64,000 nt of DNA from an uncultured SAR86 cluster bacterium (GTDB lineage Bacteria; Pseudomonadota; Gammaproteobacteria; Magnimaribacterales; D2472). Shown one piece after another: positions 39,916 through 51,693 of this stretch. Under the pieces are notes generated by a model, which worked only from the letters and a program-made list of their open reading frames with translations, was not told the origin of the DNA and did not search any database. The translations under genes were made by a program, and so were the position numbers. The first letter of the stretch is position 1. Every line of letters starts with the position of its first letter. The DNA is taken from NCBI GenBank assembly GCA_902586925.1, contig CACIJE010000001.1, positions 747,449 to 811,448 of the forward strand, in the 5' to 3' direction.

Positions 39916-41011
39916 TTGGATAAAACGAAAGAATACCAAGGTTGTAAATGTTGGTAATGTTCCAGTTGGCGGTGGAAATCCGATTTCTATTCAGTCAATG
40001 ACAAATACTGACACTAAGGATGTTGTATCAACTATTAAACAAATTAAGAATCTTGAATTAGCCGGTGCAGATATTGTAAGAGTCTCAGTTCCAGGTTTTG
40101 AGGAAGCACAAGCATTTAAAGAGATTAAAAAGGGCGCAGATATTCCTTTAGTTGCAGATATTCATTTTGATTATAAAATTGCTTTAGAAGTAGCTGATAC
40201 GGCTGATTGTTTAAGAATAAATCCAGGCAACATTGGAAAAGAGAATAGGGTCAAGGAAGTCATAAACTCTGCAATTGATAATAATATTCCTATAAGAGTT
40301 GGTGTAAATGCTGGTTCATTAGAAAAAGATCTGCAAAAAAAATATGGAGAGCCAAATGCTGATGCTCTTGTTGAGTCTGCTCTTCGGCACGTAGAAATAC
40401 TCGATAAGTTCAATTTTGAAAATTACAAAATGAGTCTTAAAGCTTCAAATATTGAAATGACTGTAGATGCATACAGAAAAATCTCTACACTCATAAATCA
40501 ACCTCTCCATCTTGGAATAACTGAGGCAGGAAGCTTCAGAGCTGGAACTGTAAAGTCTTCAATAGGAGTAGGCATGCTTTTGTCAGAGGGTATCGGTGAT
40601 ACTATAAGAATCTCATTAGCTTCAGATCCCATTGATGAAATTAAAATCGGATGGGATATTTTAAAGAGTCTTAACATTAGAAGTCGTGGAGTAAAAATTA
40701 TTGCATGTCCGAGCTGCTCAAGACAAAACTTTAACGTAATAGAAGTTGTGAATGAACTTGAACAAAGACTTGAAGACATTTCTGATGATATAGAAGTAGC
40801 AATAATTGGATGCTATGTTAATGGTCCAGGTGAGAGTAAAGCAGCAAATATTGGATTAACAGGCGCTAGCCCAAATAATTTGTTATATATTGATGGGGCA
40901 CCTAATAAGAAAATTGCGAATGAAAACCTGGTGGACGAGCTTGAAGATCAAATAAGAGTTAAGATTTCTAAAAATAAAACTGAATCAGAAAAAATTATAC
41001 TAAGAAGCTAA
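39908..41011 (+). CDS. ispG: 4-hydroxy-3-methylbut-2-enyl diphosphate synthase
   Basis: [16 protein letters not shown] and ACPSCSR...[10 protein letters not shown] motifs. Confidence 0.95.
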   Translation: MSNWIKRKNTKVVNVGNVPVGGGNPISIQSMTNTDTKDVVSTIKQIKNLELAGADIVRVSVPGFEEAQAFKEIKKGADIPLVADIHFDYKIALEVADTADCLRINPGNIGKENRVKEVINSAIDNNIPIRVGVNAGSLEKDLQKKYGEPNADALVESALRHVEILDKFNFENYKMSLKASNIEMTVDAYRKISTLINQPLHLGITEAGSFRAGTVKSSIGVGMLLSEGIGDTIRISLASDPIDEIKIGWDILKSLNIRSRGVKIIACPSCSRQNFNVIEVVNELEQRLEDISDDIEVAIIGCYVNGPGESKAANIGLTGASPNNLLYIDGAPNKKIANENLVDELEDQIRVKISKNKTESEKIILRS

Positions 41012-41012
41012 C

Positions 41013-42281
41013 ATGGAAAAAATTAACTCTTTGACAGGAATGCTTGATTTAATATCCAGTAAATCAGATCAAAATGAATTTGCAAATAAGATATTTTCTA
41101 CCGAAGAGTCTCTGAGGGTGATTTTTGAAAATTTTTCTCTTTGTGAAATCAGAACACCTGCTCTAGAAAATACAAATCTCTTTAAAAGATCAGTTGGAGA
41201 CACCTCAGATATTGTAAATAAGGAGCTATACACATTTTTAGATAAGAATGAAAAAAGTATTAGTCTAAGACCAGAAGGAACTGCAAGTGTCATAAGATCA
41301 GTTGTTGAAAAAAAACTTGATGGACAACTTCATAAATTATGGTACCTAGGACCAATGTGGAGATATGAGAGACCTCAAAAAGGGAGATTTAGGCAATTCA
41401 ATCAAGCTGGAGTTGAAATTTTAGGATACGAAGAGGGTGTTGCAGAGTTTGACTTAGTTTCTTTGATTTGCAGCATTAACAAAGAGTTAAAAATTCATGA
41501 ACCAATTTTAAAGATTAATCATTTAGGAGATAAAGATGCAAAAAAAGAATATTGCAAGGCTCTTAGAGATTTTTTAAAACCTATGGAAAATGATTTAGAT
41601 GAAAAAGATCAAGAAAGGCTTAAAAAGAACCCATTAAGAATTTTAGATTCAAAAAATGAGGAAATAAAAAAGATATTGGTAAATGCACCATCTATATCAG
41701 ATTTTCTTCCTTCAAGCAGTATAGATTTGTTAACGAAACTAAAAAAAACTTTTTCAGATGATTGCAATATACAAATTGATTACAACTTAGTCAGAGGTTT
41801 GGATTACTACACAGGGTTGGTTTTTGAGGCAATCTCCTCAGATTTAGGAGCTCAAGATGCATATCTTGGTGGAGGCAGATATGATAGTTTATGCAAGAAT
41901 TTAGGAGGTAAAGATTTACCGGCAATTGGTATGGCTATTGGAATTGAGAGACTGGCGTTGATTTCAAATTATAAGCATAAAAATAAAACATCGATATCTT
42001 TCATAATAATATCTGGTAATGAGGAGCCAAAAGCATATAAAATAGCGCACGACTTGAGGGCACTTAATAAACAAATTAATATTGATGTCCAGTTGTCATA
42101 TGGAAGTTTAAAGTCAAAACTTCGTAAGGCAAATAAGAATAATGCTTCTTATGCCGTTATTATCGGAGATGAAGAGTTGACTTCAAATACTGCAATTTTG
42201 AAATCGCTGAAAGAAAAGGATTCTGAGCAGTCGATTTTGAAGATTGATGAACTTAAAAAGTTTATCTTAAATTTAGAGTAG
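41013..42281 (+). CDS. hisS: histidyl-tRNA synthetase
   Basis: LRPEGTASVIR, YLGPMWRYERPQKGRFRQF and GGGRYD motifs. Confidence 0.93.
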   Translation: MEKINSLTGMLDLISSKSDQNEFANKIFSTEESLRVIFENFSLCEIRTPALENTNLFKRSVGDTSDIVNKELYTFLDKNEKSISLRPEGTASVIRSVVEKKLDGQLHKLWYLGPMWRYERPQKGRFRQFNQAGVEILGYEEGVAEFDLVSLICSINKELKIHEPILKINHLGDKDAKKEYCKALRDFLKPMENDLDEKDQERLKKNPLRILDSKNEEIKKILVNAPSISDFLPSSSIDLLTKLKKTFSDDCNIQIDYNLVRGLDYYTGLVFEAISSDLGAQDAYLGGGRYDSLCKNLGGKDLPAIGMAIGIERLALISNYKHKNKTSISFIIISGNEEPKAYKIAHDLRALNKQINIDVQLSYGSLKSKLRKANKNNASYAVIIGDEELTSNTAILKSLKEKDSEQSILKIDELKKFILNLE

Positions 42282-42290
42282 GTTTAGATA

Positions 42291-42935
42291 ATGAATAATG
42301 TTTACGAAAATAATATAAGATTTTTACCATTATTAAAGTTTTTAGATAAATACAAGATATTGTTAATATCTTTAACTATTTTACTTTTGGGAATCATAGT
42401 TTTTTTTGTTATTAATAATCAAATTCAGGACAAAAAATCAGAACAAGCTTCTGATCTTTATAAGGAATGGTTAACTATATTTTCAGAGGATAATCCTGAT
42501 ACAGTAGAAATTAACAAAATGTTAAAAATTTTTTTAAACGATTATAAAAAAACTGGTTACACAAAACTTGCTCTTTTAAGCAAAGCTAATTTAGATGCAA
42601 AATTAGAAAATTATGAAGAGTCAATTAAGAACTTCAAAGAAATTATTGAACTCACAAACGGTTATAGTGGAAATAAAATTTTTAATAAAATTGCTAGAGT
42701 GAGTGCATCAAGACTGCTTTTATCTTCTGATAAATATGAAGAAGCGCTTCAGATGCTTGATATTTATTCTTCTTCAGACACGAATGCATACATTCATGAA
42801 TTAATGGGTGATATTTTATATAAACAGCAAAAAAATGAACTTGCTATGTCTCAATACGAAATGGCTGCTGAGAAATATACTGATGAAACATCAAAATCTA
42901 TTATTTCAATGAAGATCTCTAATATAGATAACTAA
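42291..42935 (+). CDS. yfgM: YfgM-like membrane-anchored TPR protein (ancillary SecYEG translocon subunit family)
   Basis: Single N-terminal TM helix plus a helical-repeat periplasmic domain. It holds the conserved position between hisS and bamB. Confidence 0.6.
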   Translation: MNNVYENNIRFLPLLKFLDKYKILLISLTILLLGIIVFFVINNQIQDKKSEQASDLYKEWLTIFSEDNPDTVEINKMLKIFLNDYKKTGYTKLALLSKANLDAKLENYEESIKNFKEIIELTNGYSGNKIFNKIARVSASRLLLSSDKYEEALQMLDIYSSSDTNAYIHELMGDILYKQQKNELAMSQYEMAAEKYTDETSKSIISMKISNIDN

Positions 42936-42936
42936 C

Positions 42937-44097
42937 ATGAATTTCCAAAAGATATATCCATCAATTTACTTAAGTTTGATTATTGTTTTAAGTTCGTGCT
43001 CAACAATTGATGGTCTAAGATTTTGGAAAAGTGACGAAATTGATCCAGATGAGCCAAAAAAACTAGTTCAAATACCTAATCAACAAGATATTAAAATTTT
43101 GTGGAAAAATTCATTTGATGGTTTAAATGAAATTGGAAATTTTTTACCTGGTTTTAGTAAAGAAAATCTTTATTTTAGTGATTCAACAGGAAATGTATCT
43201 TCAATAAATTCAAAAACTGGAAAAGAAAATTGGTCTGTTGAACTTAATTTTTTAGCTGCTGGAACATCTGCTGGATTTGATATTTTAATTGTTTCTGATG
43301 TTGATGGAAATGTTATTGCCTTAAATCAAGTGGATGGAAGCAAATTATGGTCTACAAATGTGCAAGGAGAGGTTTTAAGTAGGGCCGCTATTGATGCAAA
43401 GGTGGTTGTTGTAAAGACAAATTCAGGCGAGTTAATTGGTTTAGATAAAAGTGATGGAAATATTATTTGGTCATATAGATCAAAATTACCATTATTAACT
43501 ATAAGAGGCAGTAGCAGCCCTGTAATTGAAGACAATTTAATATATGCATCTTTTGACAATGGTAGATTGGGTGTTTTTGAGCTTGCTTCAGGATTTCAAA
43601 TTTGGGACGGTGCTATATCTTACGTAAGAGGAGTGTCAGAACTTGAAAATTTAATTGATTCTGATTCAGATCCTGTTGTTGACTCAGGTCTTATATACAC
43701 CACTAATTATCAGGGAAATGTTAATATTTTTGATACTTCTCAAAGAAGATCTATATGGAATTATGAAACATCATCATTTTATTCGCCTTTAATATCAAGA
43801 GGCATGATGGCTGTTGTTGAGACAGATTCAACTATTAGAGCTTTTGCATTAAAAACATTGCAAGAATCATGGGTAAGTGATGAATATTTAAATAGAGAAC
43901 TATCAAATGCTGTCAACTTTAAAGGTAGTCTGGTTGTTGGTGACTTTGAAGGACACATTCATATTATCGATCTATTAAATGGAAGAACGCTTAGCAGAAA
44001 AAAAGTTTCAAAAAAACCAATTAAGACAATTTTTAGTAGAAGTGATAGCTTGTATGTAGTTGACGAGGCTTTTAATTTAATTTCAATTAACATATAA
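42937..44097 (+). CDS. bamB: outer membrane protein assembly factor BamB (PQQ-like beta-propeller lipoprotein)
   Basis: Lipobox LSSC. Repeated G.....D..dG...W propeller motifs (e.g. ALNQVDGSKLWS, GLDKSDGNIIWS). yfgM-bamB-der synteny. Confidence 0.85.
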   Translation: MNFQKIYPSIYLSLIIVLSSCSTIDGLRFWKSDEIDPDEPKKLVQIPNQQDIKILWKNSFDGLNEIGNFLPGFSKENLYFSDSTGNVSSINSKTGKENWSVELNFLAAGTSAGFDILIVSDVDGNVIALNQVDGSKLWSTNVQGEVLSRAAIDAKVVVVKTNSGELIGLDKSDGNIIWSYRSKLPLLTIRGSSSPVIEDNLIYASFDNGRLGVFELASGFQIWDGAISYVRGVSELENLIDSDSDPVVDSGLIYTTNYQGNVNIFDTSQRRSIWNYETSSFYSPLISRGMMAVVETDSTIRAFALKTLQESWVSDEYLNRELSNAVNFKGSLVVGDFEGHIHIIDLLNGRTLSRKKVSKKPIKTIFSRSDSLYVVDEAFNLISINI

Positions 44098-44110
44098 ATG
44101 ATTCTCAGAA

Positions 44111-45496
44111 ATGGTTACCTCAATTGCAATAATAGGGCGTCCAAACGTAGGTAAATCGACCTTATTTAATAAATTAACAAATTCAAGAGACGCAATTGTC
44201 TCTGACTTTCCTGGTTTAACTAAAGACAGGAATTACGGATATATTGATCTTAAAAATAAAAAAACGCTTTTAATTGACACAGGTGGAATAGCAAGCGAAA
44301 AGGATAAGATAATTGAGGCAATTTCAAATCAAGCATGGTTAGCTGTGGAGGAATCAGAACTTGTAATTTTTTTAATGGATGGCTCTGAGGAGCTTAATAA
44401 TTATGACTATGAAATTATATCCAAATTGAGAAAATTAAATAAACGGTTTATAAGTGTTTTAAATAAGCTTGACAAAAAATCAAAATCATCAATAAAAGTT
44501 GATTTAGAAAAAAACGGAATTAAAGATTTTATTGAGATAAGCTCAGAACATTCATTAAATCTTAATGATCTAAAGTCTGTGCTAGAAAAGAAAATAATAC
44601 ACAATGCCATTGAGGTGCCAGATGGTAAAAAGGTTGCAATTCTGGGAAGACCAAACTCAGGCAAATCAACTTTCATCAACAACTTAATTAATGAAGATAG
44701 ATTAATAGTAAGTGAGATTGCTGGAACAACTATAGATGCTATAAGTATCCCTTTTGAATTTGATAACGAAAAATTTATCCTAATTGATACCGCTGGAATA
44801 AGAAAAGGATACAAATATAATCACAAAGTAGAGTACTTCTCTTATGTCAGAGCAATACATGCAATCGATCAAAGTGATATTGTAATTCTCATATGCGATA
44901 TAAATGAGGGAGTTGTCGATCAAGATTTAAAGATACTAAATATGGTTGTTGAAAATGGAAAACCAGTTATTTTGGCGCTCAATAAAATTGATTTAATTTC
45001 AAAATCAGAACTAGAAAAAAAATATGATTCAAAAAAAATGCAAAGTGATTTTTTTGATAACTATGAGCGTGTTGAGATATCAGCCCTCAAGGGAAAGGGC
45101 TTTAAAAAAATATTTAATTTAACAAATAAAATCCTAAAAAAATCCCAAGAAACTTTCACGACATCAGCACTTAATAAGATGCTTGAAAAATTTGTAAACG
45201 CAAATTCTCCGCCATCAATTTCTGGAAGGCAAATTAAATTTAAATATGTTCACTTTGGTGGAGTTAATCCAACAACTTTAATTATCTACGCAAGTCAAGA
45301 TAAGAAAATACCTCAAAATTATAGAAGATATTTGGAAAATTCATTTAAATCTGCACTTAACTTCAAAAGTATTCATCTAAAGATCATATTTAGAAAATCT
45401 GATAATCCTTTTGAATCTAAAAAAAATCAATTATCAGAGAGACAGACTAAAAAAAGAAAACGCTTAATTAAACATATAAAAAAATCAAAGAAGTAA
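44111..45496 (+). CDS. der: ribosome-associated GTPase Der (EngA), tandem GTPase domains
   Basis: Two P-loops (GRPNVGKST and GRPNSGKST), two DTAG/DTGG motifs, NKLD/NKID motifs, a KH-like C-domain and a Lys-rich tail. Confidence 0.93.
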   Translation: MVTSIAIIGRPNVGKSTLFNKLTNSRDAIVSDFPGLTKDRNYGYIDLKNKKTLLIDTGGIASEKDKIIEAISNQAWLAVEESELVIFLMDGSEELNNYDYEIISKLRKLNKRFISVLNKLDKKSKSSIKVDLEKNGIKDFIEISSEHSLNLNDLKSVLEKKIIHNAIEVPDGKKVAILGRPNSGKSTFINNLINEDRLIVSEIAGTTIDAISIPFEFDNEKFILIDTAGIRKGYKYNHKVEYFSYVRAIHAIDQSDIVILICDINEGVVDQDLKILNMVVENGKPVILALNKIDLISKSELEKKYDSKKMQSDFFDNYERVEISALKGKGFKKIFNLTNKILKKSQETFTTSALNKMLEKFVNANSPPSISGRQIKFKYVHFGGVNPTTLIIYASQDKKIPQNYRRYLENSFKSALNFKSIHLKIIFRKSDNPFESKKNQLSERQTKKRKRLIKHIKKSKK

Positions 45497-45574
45497 TGTT
45501 TATTATTTAATTAGAGAGAAAAATCTACTGTATAATTCCTTAGTAAATTATTAGTATTTATAATCTAGCACACA

Positions 45575-45958
45575 ATGCAAGAACGACCAGTATATTTAGA
45601 TTTAAGTAAAATTAGACTCCCAATGTCTGCTTTGATCTCTATAACACATAGGCTATCAGGCATGTATATTTTTTTTGTTACATTACCCTTATTATTGTTT
45701 GTAATTGATCAATCTACATCCTCAAAAGCAAATTATGAAAGATTAATTATGGATATGAGTTCAATATCTTTATATTCAATGTTCATATTTTTAAGTGTCT
45801 CTATTTTTTGGTATCACATTCTTACTGGAATCAGACATTTGATTATGGATTTTTTACATTTGGGTGAGTCTTTAAAAGGTGCACACTATTCATCTATTTT
45901 TACAATAATATTTTGGATTAGTTCTTCTTTAATTTTCTTTGGATATATTTTTGTATGA
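45575..45958 (+). CDS. sdhC: succinate dehydrogenase cytochrome b556 subunit
   Basis: RPVYLDLSKIRLPMSALISITHRLSG matches the SdhC N-terminus. Three TM helices. It heads sdhCDAB. Confidence 0.8.
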   Translation: MQERPVYLDLSKIRLPMSALISITHRLSGMYIFFVTLPLLLFVIDQSTSSKANYERLIMDMSSISLYSMFIFLSVSIFWYHILTGIRHLIMDFLHLGESLKGAHYSSIFTIIFWISSSLIFFGYIFV

Positions 45959-46311
45959 AAGGCTCAATAATATGGAATATACAAAGGTATAGCTCGTTGA
46001 TAGTCCTTAGTTACATTTTTTATGTGGTCACATTTGTTCTTAGAAATGAATTAAATTTTTTTTCTTGGTCTAACTTCTTTTTATCATTTGAAATTAGATT
46101 TATTACAACTTTAGTTTTTCTTTTAATTGTTACACATGCTTTTATAGGGCTGTGGACAGTTGGAACGGATTATTTAACAAATAGAACTTTAGGATTTCTA
46201 AGTAAAAATCTTGCAAGGAGGGCAGATTTTTTAAGATATGTATTTTTTAGTGCTTTTTGTTTGTTAGGTTTTGTTTACTTAACTGCCATTTTTTATATAA
46301 TATGGTTATAA
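45955..46311 (+). CDS. sdhD: succinate dehydrogenase hydrophobic membrane anchor subunit
   Basis: 118 aa with three TM helices, a conserved His in [11 protein letters not shown] and an ATGA overlap with sdhC. Confidence 0.7.
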   Translation: MKGSIIWNIQRYSSLIVLSYIFYVVTFVLRNELNFFSWSNFFLSFEIRFITTLVFLLIVTHAFIGLWTVGTDYLTNRTLGFLSKNLARRADFLRYVFFSAFCLLGFVYLTAIFYIIWL

Positions 46312-46339
46312 TAAATTATTATATTTAATTATAAATTTT

Positions 46340-48124
46340 ATGAATAATATATTCACAAATAACATTAAAAAAATTGAATTTGATGCATTAATCATTGGTG
46401 GAGGCGGTTCTGGAATGCGTGCCTCATTAGAACTTGCTAAATCTGGATTAAAAACAGCGGTAGTATCAAAAGTTTTTCCAACAAGATCTCATACCGTGTC
46501 TGCTCAAGGTGGCATAACATGCGCTATTGCAAGTGCTGATCCAAATGATGATTGGAGGTGGCACATGTATGATACTGTCAAAGGTGCTGACTTTATTGGT
46601 GACCAAGATGCTATCGAATATTTATGCTCTGAAGGTCCTAAAGCAGTTTTTGAGTTAGAACACATGGGCCTTCCTTTTTCAAGATTTGAAAATGGAAGAA
46701 TATATCAGAGGCCATTTGGAGGACAGTCGAAAGATTTTGGAAAAGGTGGTCAAGCTGCACGTACTTGTGCTGCTGCTGACAGAACAGGCCATGCTCTTCT
46801 TCATACCCTATATCAAAATAATGTTAAAGAAGGAGCTAATTTTCTTAATGAATGGTTCGCTGTTGATTTAGTTAAAAATTCAAAAGATGAGGTAACTGGC
46901 GTAATTGCATTTTCTATTGAAAATGGTGAGGTGGCATATTTAAAAGCACAGGCAACTGTTTTAGCGACTGGTGGCGCTGGAAGAATATATGCATCGACAA
47001 CTAATGCTCTAATAAATACTGGCGATGGTTTAGCAATGGCCCTAAGAGCAGGATTTCCAGCTCAAGATATGGAAATGTGGCAGTTCCACCCAACTGGAAT
47101 ATATGGTGCGGGCTCATTAGTGACTGAGGGATGTAGAGGTGAGGGTGGTTTTTTAATAAACAAAGACGGCGAAAGATTTATGGAAAGATATGCACCTAAC
47201 GTTAAAGACCTTGCAGGCAGAGATGTTGTTGCGAGATCAATGGTACTTGAAATTTTAGAAGGAAGAGGTTGTGGTGAAAATAGCGATCATATTTATCTTA
47301 AACTAGACCATTTAGGTGCCGAAGTTTTAAACTCAAAGTTACCAGGTATATGTGAGCTTTCAAAAACATTTGCTCATGTAGATCCAATTTATGAACCTAT
47401 CCCTGTCGTACCAACATGTCACTATATGATGGGAGGAACTCCTACAAATGTTTCAGGACAGGCGTTTAATAGAGTTGATAATCAAGATTATTTAATACCT
47501 GGATTATTCTCTGCAGGTGAAGCAGCATGTGTTTCTGTTCATGGAGCAAATAGACTTGGTGGAAACTCTTTGCTGGATTTGGTTGTCTTTGGAAGAGCAA
47601 CTGGCAAACACATACAAGGAGAATTAAAGTCTGGAGGAGGAGTTGAATCAGCATCTAAAAGTGATATTGATAGCTCGCTCGAGAGATTAAACAAATTAAA
47701 TGAGTCCTCTGAAGGATTTGATCCAGCTGAAGTCAAAAAAGAACTTCAAGAATGTATGCAGAATTACTTTGGTGTATTCAGAAGAGGCGAATATATGAAA
47801 AAAGGTCTCGATAAACTAAATGAGCTGAGAGAAAAAGTTGATAATTTACATCTCAAAGATAAGAGTGATGCTTTTAATACTAATCGGGTTGAAGCTATTG
47901 AACTACAAAACTTATTCGAAGTTGCTGAATCAACTGCAATTTCTGCATATAGAAGAACTGAAAGTAGAGGTGCCCACGCTAGAGACGATTACCCAGATAG
48001 AGATGACGATAATTGGTTATGCCATTCTATTTATGATCCAATATCAAAAGAAGTATCCAAAAGAGAAGTTAATTTTGAACCACAGAAGGTTGAAGCTTTC
48101 CCACCAAAGATAAGGACTTATTAA
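46340..48124 (+). CDS. sdhA: succinate dehydrogenase flavoprotein subunit
   Basis: [14 protein letters not shown] fold, the covalent-FAD His in [11 protein letters not shown] and the [14 protein letters not shown] motif. Confidence 0.97.
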   Translation: MNNIFTNNIKKIEFDALIIGGGGSGMRASLELAKSGLKTAVVSKVFPTRSHTVSAQGGITCAIASADPNDDWRWHMYDTVKGADFIGDQDAIEYLCSEGPKAVFELEHMGLPFSRFENGRIYQRPFGGQSKDFGKGGQAARTCAAADRTGHALLHTLYQNNVKEGANFLNEWFAVDLVKNSKDEVTGVIAFSIENGEVAYLKAQATVLATGGAGRIYASTTNALINTGDGLAMALRAGFPAQDMEMWQFHPTGIYGAGSLVTEGCRGEGGFLINKDGERFMERYAPNVKDLAGRDVVARSMVLEILEGRGCGENSDHIYLKLDHLGAEVLNSKLPGICELSKTFAHVDPIYEPIPVVPTCHYMMGGTPTNVSGQAFNRVDNQDYLIPGLFSAGEAACVSVHGANRLGGNSLLDLVVFGRATGKHIQGELKSGGGVESASKSDIDSSLERLNKLNESSEGFDPAEVKKELQECMQNYFGVFRRGEYMKKGLDKLNELREKVDNLHLKDKSDAFNTNRVEAIELQNLFEVAESTAISAYRRTESRGAHARDDYPDRDDDNWLCHSIYDPISKEVSKREVNFEPQKVEAFPPKIRTY

Positions 48125-48864
48125 TGTTTGATAAAAAATTACAAGTCAGCCTATATAGATACAATCCGGAAGAAGATAAGTTCCCTTATATGAAAAATTA
48201 CACTATTAATAAACCTGAAAAAGATATTATGGTTTTAGATCTTCTACACTTACTAAAAGAGGAGGATCAATCAATATCCTACAGAAGATCATGTCGAGAA
48301 GGTGTTTGTGGTTCTGATGGAATGAATATAAATGGCAAAAATGGTCTTGCTTGCATCACACCAATCTCCTCAGTTGTAAAAAGAAATAAAATTGAATTAA
48401 GACCTTTGCCTGGTCTTCCAGTAATTCGTGATTTAGTAGTAGATATGACTGAATTCTATGCACAGTATGAAAAAATTAAACCTTTTCTACAAAATGAAAC
48501 TACAGCACCAGAACAAGAAAGACTCCAATCTCCCGAAGAAAGAGATAAATTAGATGGATTATACGAATGTATACTATGCGCATGTTGTTCAACAAGTTGT
48601 CCATCTTTTTGGTGGAATCCGGACAAATTTGTTGGTCCTGCTGCACTTCTTCAAGCATACAGATTTCTTGCAGATTCAAGAGATCTAAAAACTAAAGAAA
48701 GGCTTGAAGCACTGTCTGATCCGTTCAGTGTATACAGATGTCATGGAATTATGAATTGTGTAAGTGTTTGTCCAAAAGGCCTTAATCCAAATAAGGCAAT
48801 TGGAGAAATAAAATCAATGTTACATAAAAATAAAAAGGATATAATTGTCTCGGATGGGGTATAA
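48124..48864 (+). CDS. sdhB: succinate dehydrogenase iron-sulfur subunit
   Basis: SCREGVCGSDGMNING, CILCACCSTSCP and CHGIMNCVSVCPKGL cluster motifs. Confidence 0.96.
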   Translation: MFDKKLQVSLYRYNPEEDKFPYMKNYTINKPEKDIMVLDLLHLLKEEDQSISYRRSCREGVCGSDGMNINGKNGLACITPISSVVKRNKIELRPLPGLPVIRDLVVDMTEFYAQYEKIKPFLQNETTAPEQERLQSPEERDKLDGLYECILCACCSTSCPSFWWNPDKFVGPAALLQAYRFLADSRDLKTKERLEALSDPFSVYRCHGIMNCVSVCPKGLNPNKAIGEIKSMLHKNKKDIIVSDGV

Positions 48865-48885
48865 ATAAGATTAAGTATACATAAA

Positions 48886-51693
48886 ATGACAATATCAATG
48901 AAAGAGCTATGGGGGAGCTCACATGTCTCGGCAGGGCATGCAGCATACCTCGAAACCCTCTACGATACTTTCTTAAAAAATCCAGAACATTTATCAGAAG
49001 ACTGGCTAGATTTTTTTAACAATCTTCCAAAACAGCCTAATTCCAATGGTGAAATATCACATCTTGAGATTATCAAAGAGTTTAAAAATTTTTCAAGAAG
49101 CAAAGCTACTCCAAAAAATGAGACTACGCTTGATGATAAACAGGGTAAAGTCATTAGATTGATTCAGTCATACAGAAATAGAGGTCACCTCAAGGCAAAG
49201 CTTGATCCTTTGGGTATGATGGAAAGAAGGGAGATAGAAGATTTAAATATTGAGTTTCATGGCCTATCTCATAGTGACTTAGATCGAGATTTTTTTACAG
49301 ATACTTTTACTGAAAGCAATAAATTGTCATTAAGAGACATTATTAAAACCCTCGAAGAGGTATATTGTGGAAAAATTGGCATAGAGTGTAATCATATTCT
49401 TGATTCAGAAGAGAGAAGATGGTTTCAAAAAAAATTTGAATCAAAGCTAACTGAATATGTATTTGATGATGATGAAAAAGTAAATATATTCGAACGACTA
49501 AATTCTGCAGATGGATTAGCTAAATATCTATCTGCAAAGTATCCAGGAATGAAACGTTTTGGAATTGATGGCGCTGAAGCATTAGTACCTCTAGTAGAAA
49601 GTGTTATTCAAAATTGTGGTTCAATTGGTGCATCACAAATTTGCTTGGGTATGGCACATAGGGGAAGATTAAATCTTCTGGTAAATGTTTTAGGTAAACT
49701 TCCAAGTGAGCTATTTTCTGCCTTTGATGAGGATTTTGAATTAGAGGGAGCTAGCACTGGTGATGTTAAGTATCATTTAGGATTTTCTTCTAATTTTGAG
49801 ACACCTGGTGGAGAAGTGCACGTATCATTGTTTAATAATCCATCTCATCTTGAAATTGTAGATCCAGTTGTTCTTGGTTCTGTTAGAGCAAGACAAGATC
49901 GAATTGGTGATACAGACAGAACTGAAGTAGTACCAATTCTTCTTCATGGAGACGCATCTTTTTCAGGCCAAGGGGTTGTAATGGAATCATTGCAGATGTC
50001 ACAAACAAGAGGATTTAATGTAGGCGGAACTATTCATATTATTGTGAATAATCAAATCGGTTTCACAACAAGTAATGTTAATGATTCTAGATCTACTGAT
50101 TATTCCTCTGATGTTGCAAAAATTATTCAAGCTCCGGTAATCCATGTTAATGGTGATGACCCAGAAATGGTTCTTAACGCTGCAAAAATAGCATGTAAAT
50201 ATAGAAAAAGATTTAAAAAAGATATTGTTATTGACTTATTTTGCTACAGAAGAAGAGGACATAATGAGGCAGATGACCCTTCTGCAACTCAACCATTGAT
50301 GTATCAAAAAATTTCAAAACATCCTTCAGTATTAAGTCAATACGAAGATTATTTAATTAATACTGGAGTTTTGACACCTGATAAAGTAAATAAAATTAAG
50401 AGTGATTATAGAAAATCTCTTGAGACTGGAGAGTCTGTTGCAAAAAACTTGTCAAAGAATCCTAATAATGAACTTTGGTTTGATTGGAAGCCATATCTTA
50501 ATGTAAAGTGGTGGTCAAAAGTTGATACTAAGTTTAATGCAGAAAAGCTAAACAAACTTGGACAAGAAATTTGTGAAATACCTGATTCCTTTGTTTTAGG
50601 AAATCAGGCTAAGAAAATTTTTGAAGAAAGAAAAAAAATGAATCATGGTGATATCCCAGTTAATTGGGGATATGCTGAGAGCATGGCTTATGCATCCTTA
50701 CTTGAAGAGGGTTATCCAATTCGAATTACAGGACAAGATGTGAGGCGGGGCACTTTTTCTCACAGACATGCATGTGTTTTTGATTCAGATTCTGGAATGG
50801 GCTTTATACCTCTTCACGAAATAGCAGAAAAAAATAATACAAAATTTGATATTTATGATTCATTACTATCTGAAGAAGCTGTTCTTGCATTTGAGTATGG
50901 TTATTCCGCTACTTGGCCAAGTGGCTTAACAATTTGGGAAGCTCAATTTGGTGATTTCGCAAACGGCGCACAAGTTGTCATTGATCAGTTTATTGTCTCT
51001 GCTCAACATAAATGGGAAAGATTATCTGGCTTGGTTATGTTATTACCTCATGGATATGAGGGTCAAGGACCCGAACATAGCAGTGCAAGAATTGAGAGAT
51101 TTTTACAACTATGTGCTACTGAAAATATTCAAGTATGTGTGCCAAGTTCTCCAAAACAGATATTTCATTTGCTCAGAAGACAGGTTATTAGAAAAATGCG
51201 AACCCCGTTAATAGTTATTTCACCAAAAAGTCTTTTAAGAAACCCAAAGGCCGTTTCAAGTATAAAAGAATTAACAAATGGGACTTTTGAATGTGTCATT
51301 GATGATGAAATTAAGAAAAATGAGAATGTCAAAAAAGTAATAATGTGTTCAGGGAAGGTTTATTATGATTTATTGAATAAACGAGATAAAGAAAAGTATG
51401 ACGATATAGCAATTATCAGGATAGAACAATTGTATCCTTTTCCTTATGATGACCTTGAAGAAATCTTAACAAAGTATCAAAATGTAGAAGAATATATATG
51501 GTGTCAAGAAGAACCAAGCAATCAAGGAGCATGGTTCAGTCACAGGCATAGAATTCAGAGAGTTTTAGATAGACTTGGAGGTAGTAAAGAAGCCATTTTA
51601 ATTAGCAGGCCACCTGCAGCAGCACCTGCAGTTGGTTTGATGAAGCTGCATCTTCAACAACAAAAAGATCTAATAAATGAGGCAATTTGTTAA
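48886..51693 (+). CDS. sucA: 2-oxoglutarate dehydrogenase E1 component
   Basis: 935 aa with YRNRGHLKAKLDPLG, GMAHRGRLNLLVNV and HGDASFSGQGVV motifs. Confidence 0.96.
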   Translation: MTISMKELWGSSHVSAGHAAYLETLYDTFLKNPEHLSEDWLDFFNNLPKQPNSNGEISHLEIIKEFKNFSRSKATPKNETTLDDKQGKVIRLIQSYRNRGHLKAKLDPLGMMERREIEDLNIEFHGLSHSDLDRDFFTDTFTESNKLSLRDIIKTLEEVYCGKIGIECNHILDSEERRWFQKKFESKLTEYVFDDDEKVNIFERLNSADGLAKYLSAKYPGMKRFGIDGAEALVPLVESVIQNCGSIGASQICLGMAHRGRLNLLVNVLGKLPSELFSAFDEDFELEGASTGDVKYHLGFSSNFETPGGEVHVSLFNNPSHLEIVDPVVLGSVRARQDRIGDTDRTEVVPILLHGDASFSGQGVVMESLQMSQTRGFNVGGTIHIIVNNQIGFTTSNVNDSRSTDYSSDVAKIIQAPVIHVNGDDPEMVLNAAKIACKYRKRFKKDIVIDLFCYRRRGHNEADDPSATQPLMYQKISKHPSVLSQYEDYLINTGVLTPDKVNKIKSDYRKSLETGESVAKNLSKNPNNELWFDWKPYLNVKWWSKVDTKFNAEKLNKLGQEICEIPDSFVLGNQAKKIFEERKKMNHGDIPVNWGYAESMAYASLLEEGYPIRITGQDVRRGTFSHRHACVFDSDSGMGFIPLHEIAEKNNTKFDIYDSLLSEEAVLAFEYGYSATWPSGLTIWEAQFGDFANGAQVVIDQFIVSAQHKWERLSGLVMLLPHGYEGQGPEHSSARIERFLQLCATENIQVCVPSSPKQIFHLLRRQVIRKMRTPLIVISPKSLLRNPKAVSSIKELTNGTFECVIDDEIKKNENVKKVIMCSGKVYYDLLNKRDKEKYDDIAIIRIEQLYPFPYDDLEEILTKYQNVEEYIWCQEEPSNQGAWFSHRHRIQRVLDRLGGSKEAILISRPPAAAPAVGLMKLHLQQQKDLINEAIC

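Noticed and set aside
45497-45574. CTGT-containing sequence (ATCTACTGTATAATTCC) upstream of sdhC resembling half an SOS box.
   Set aside because: Only the CTGT half-site is present, with no ACAG at the N8 spacing. The TATAAT within it is more simply a -10 element.
46686-48113. Same-strand out-of-frame ORFs inside sdhA (46686-46871, 47838-48113) and sucA (50948-51211).
   Set aside because: They are embedded in strongly conserved enzymes. Their translations look random, and there is no evidence of frameshift signals or independent initiation.
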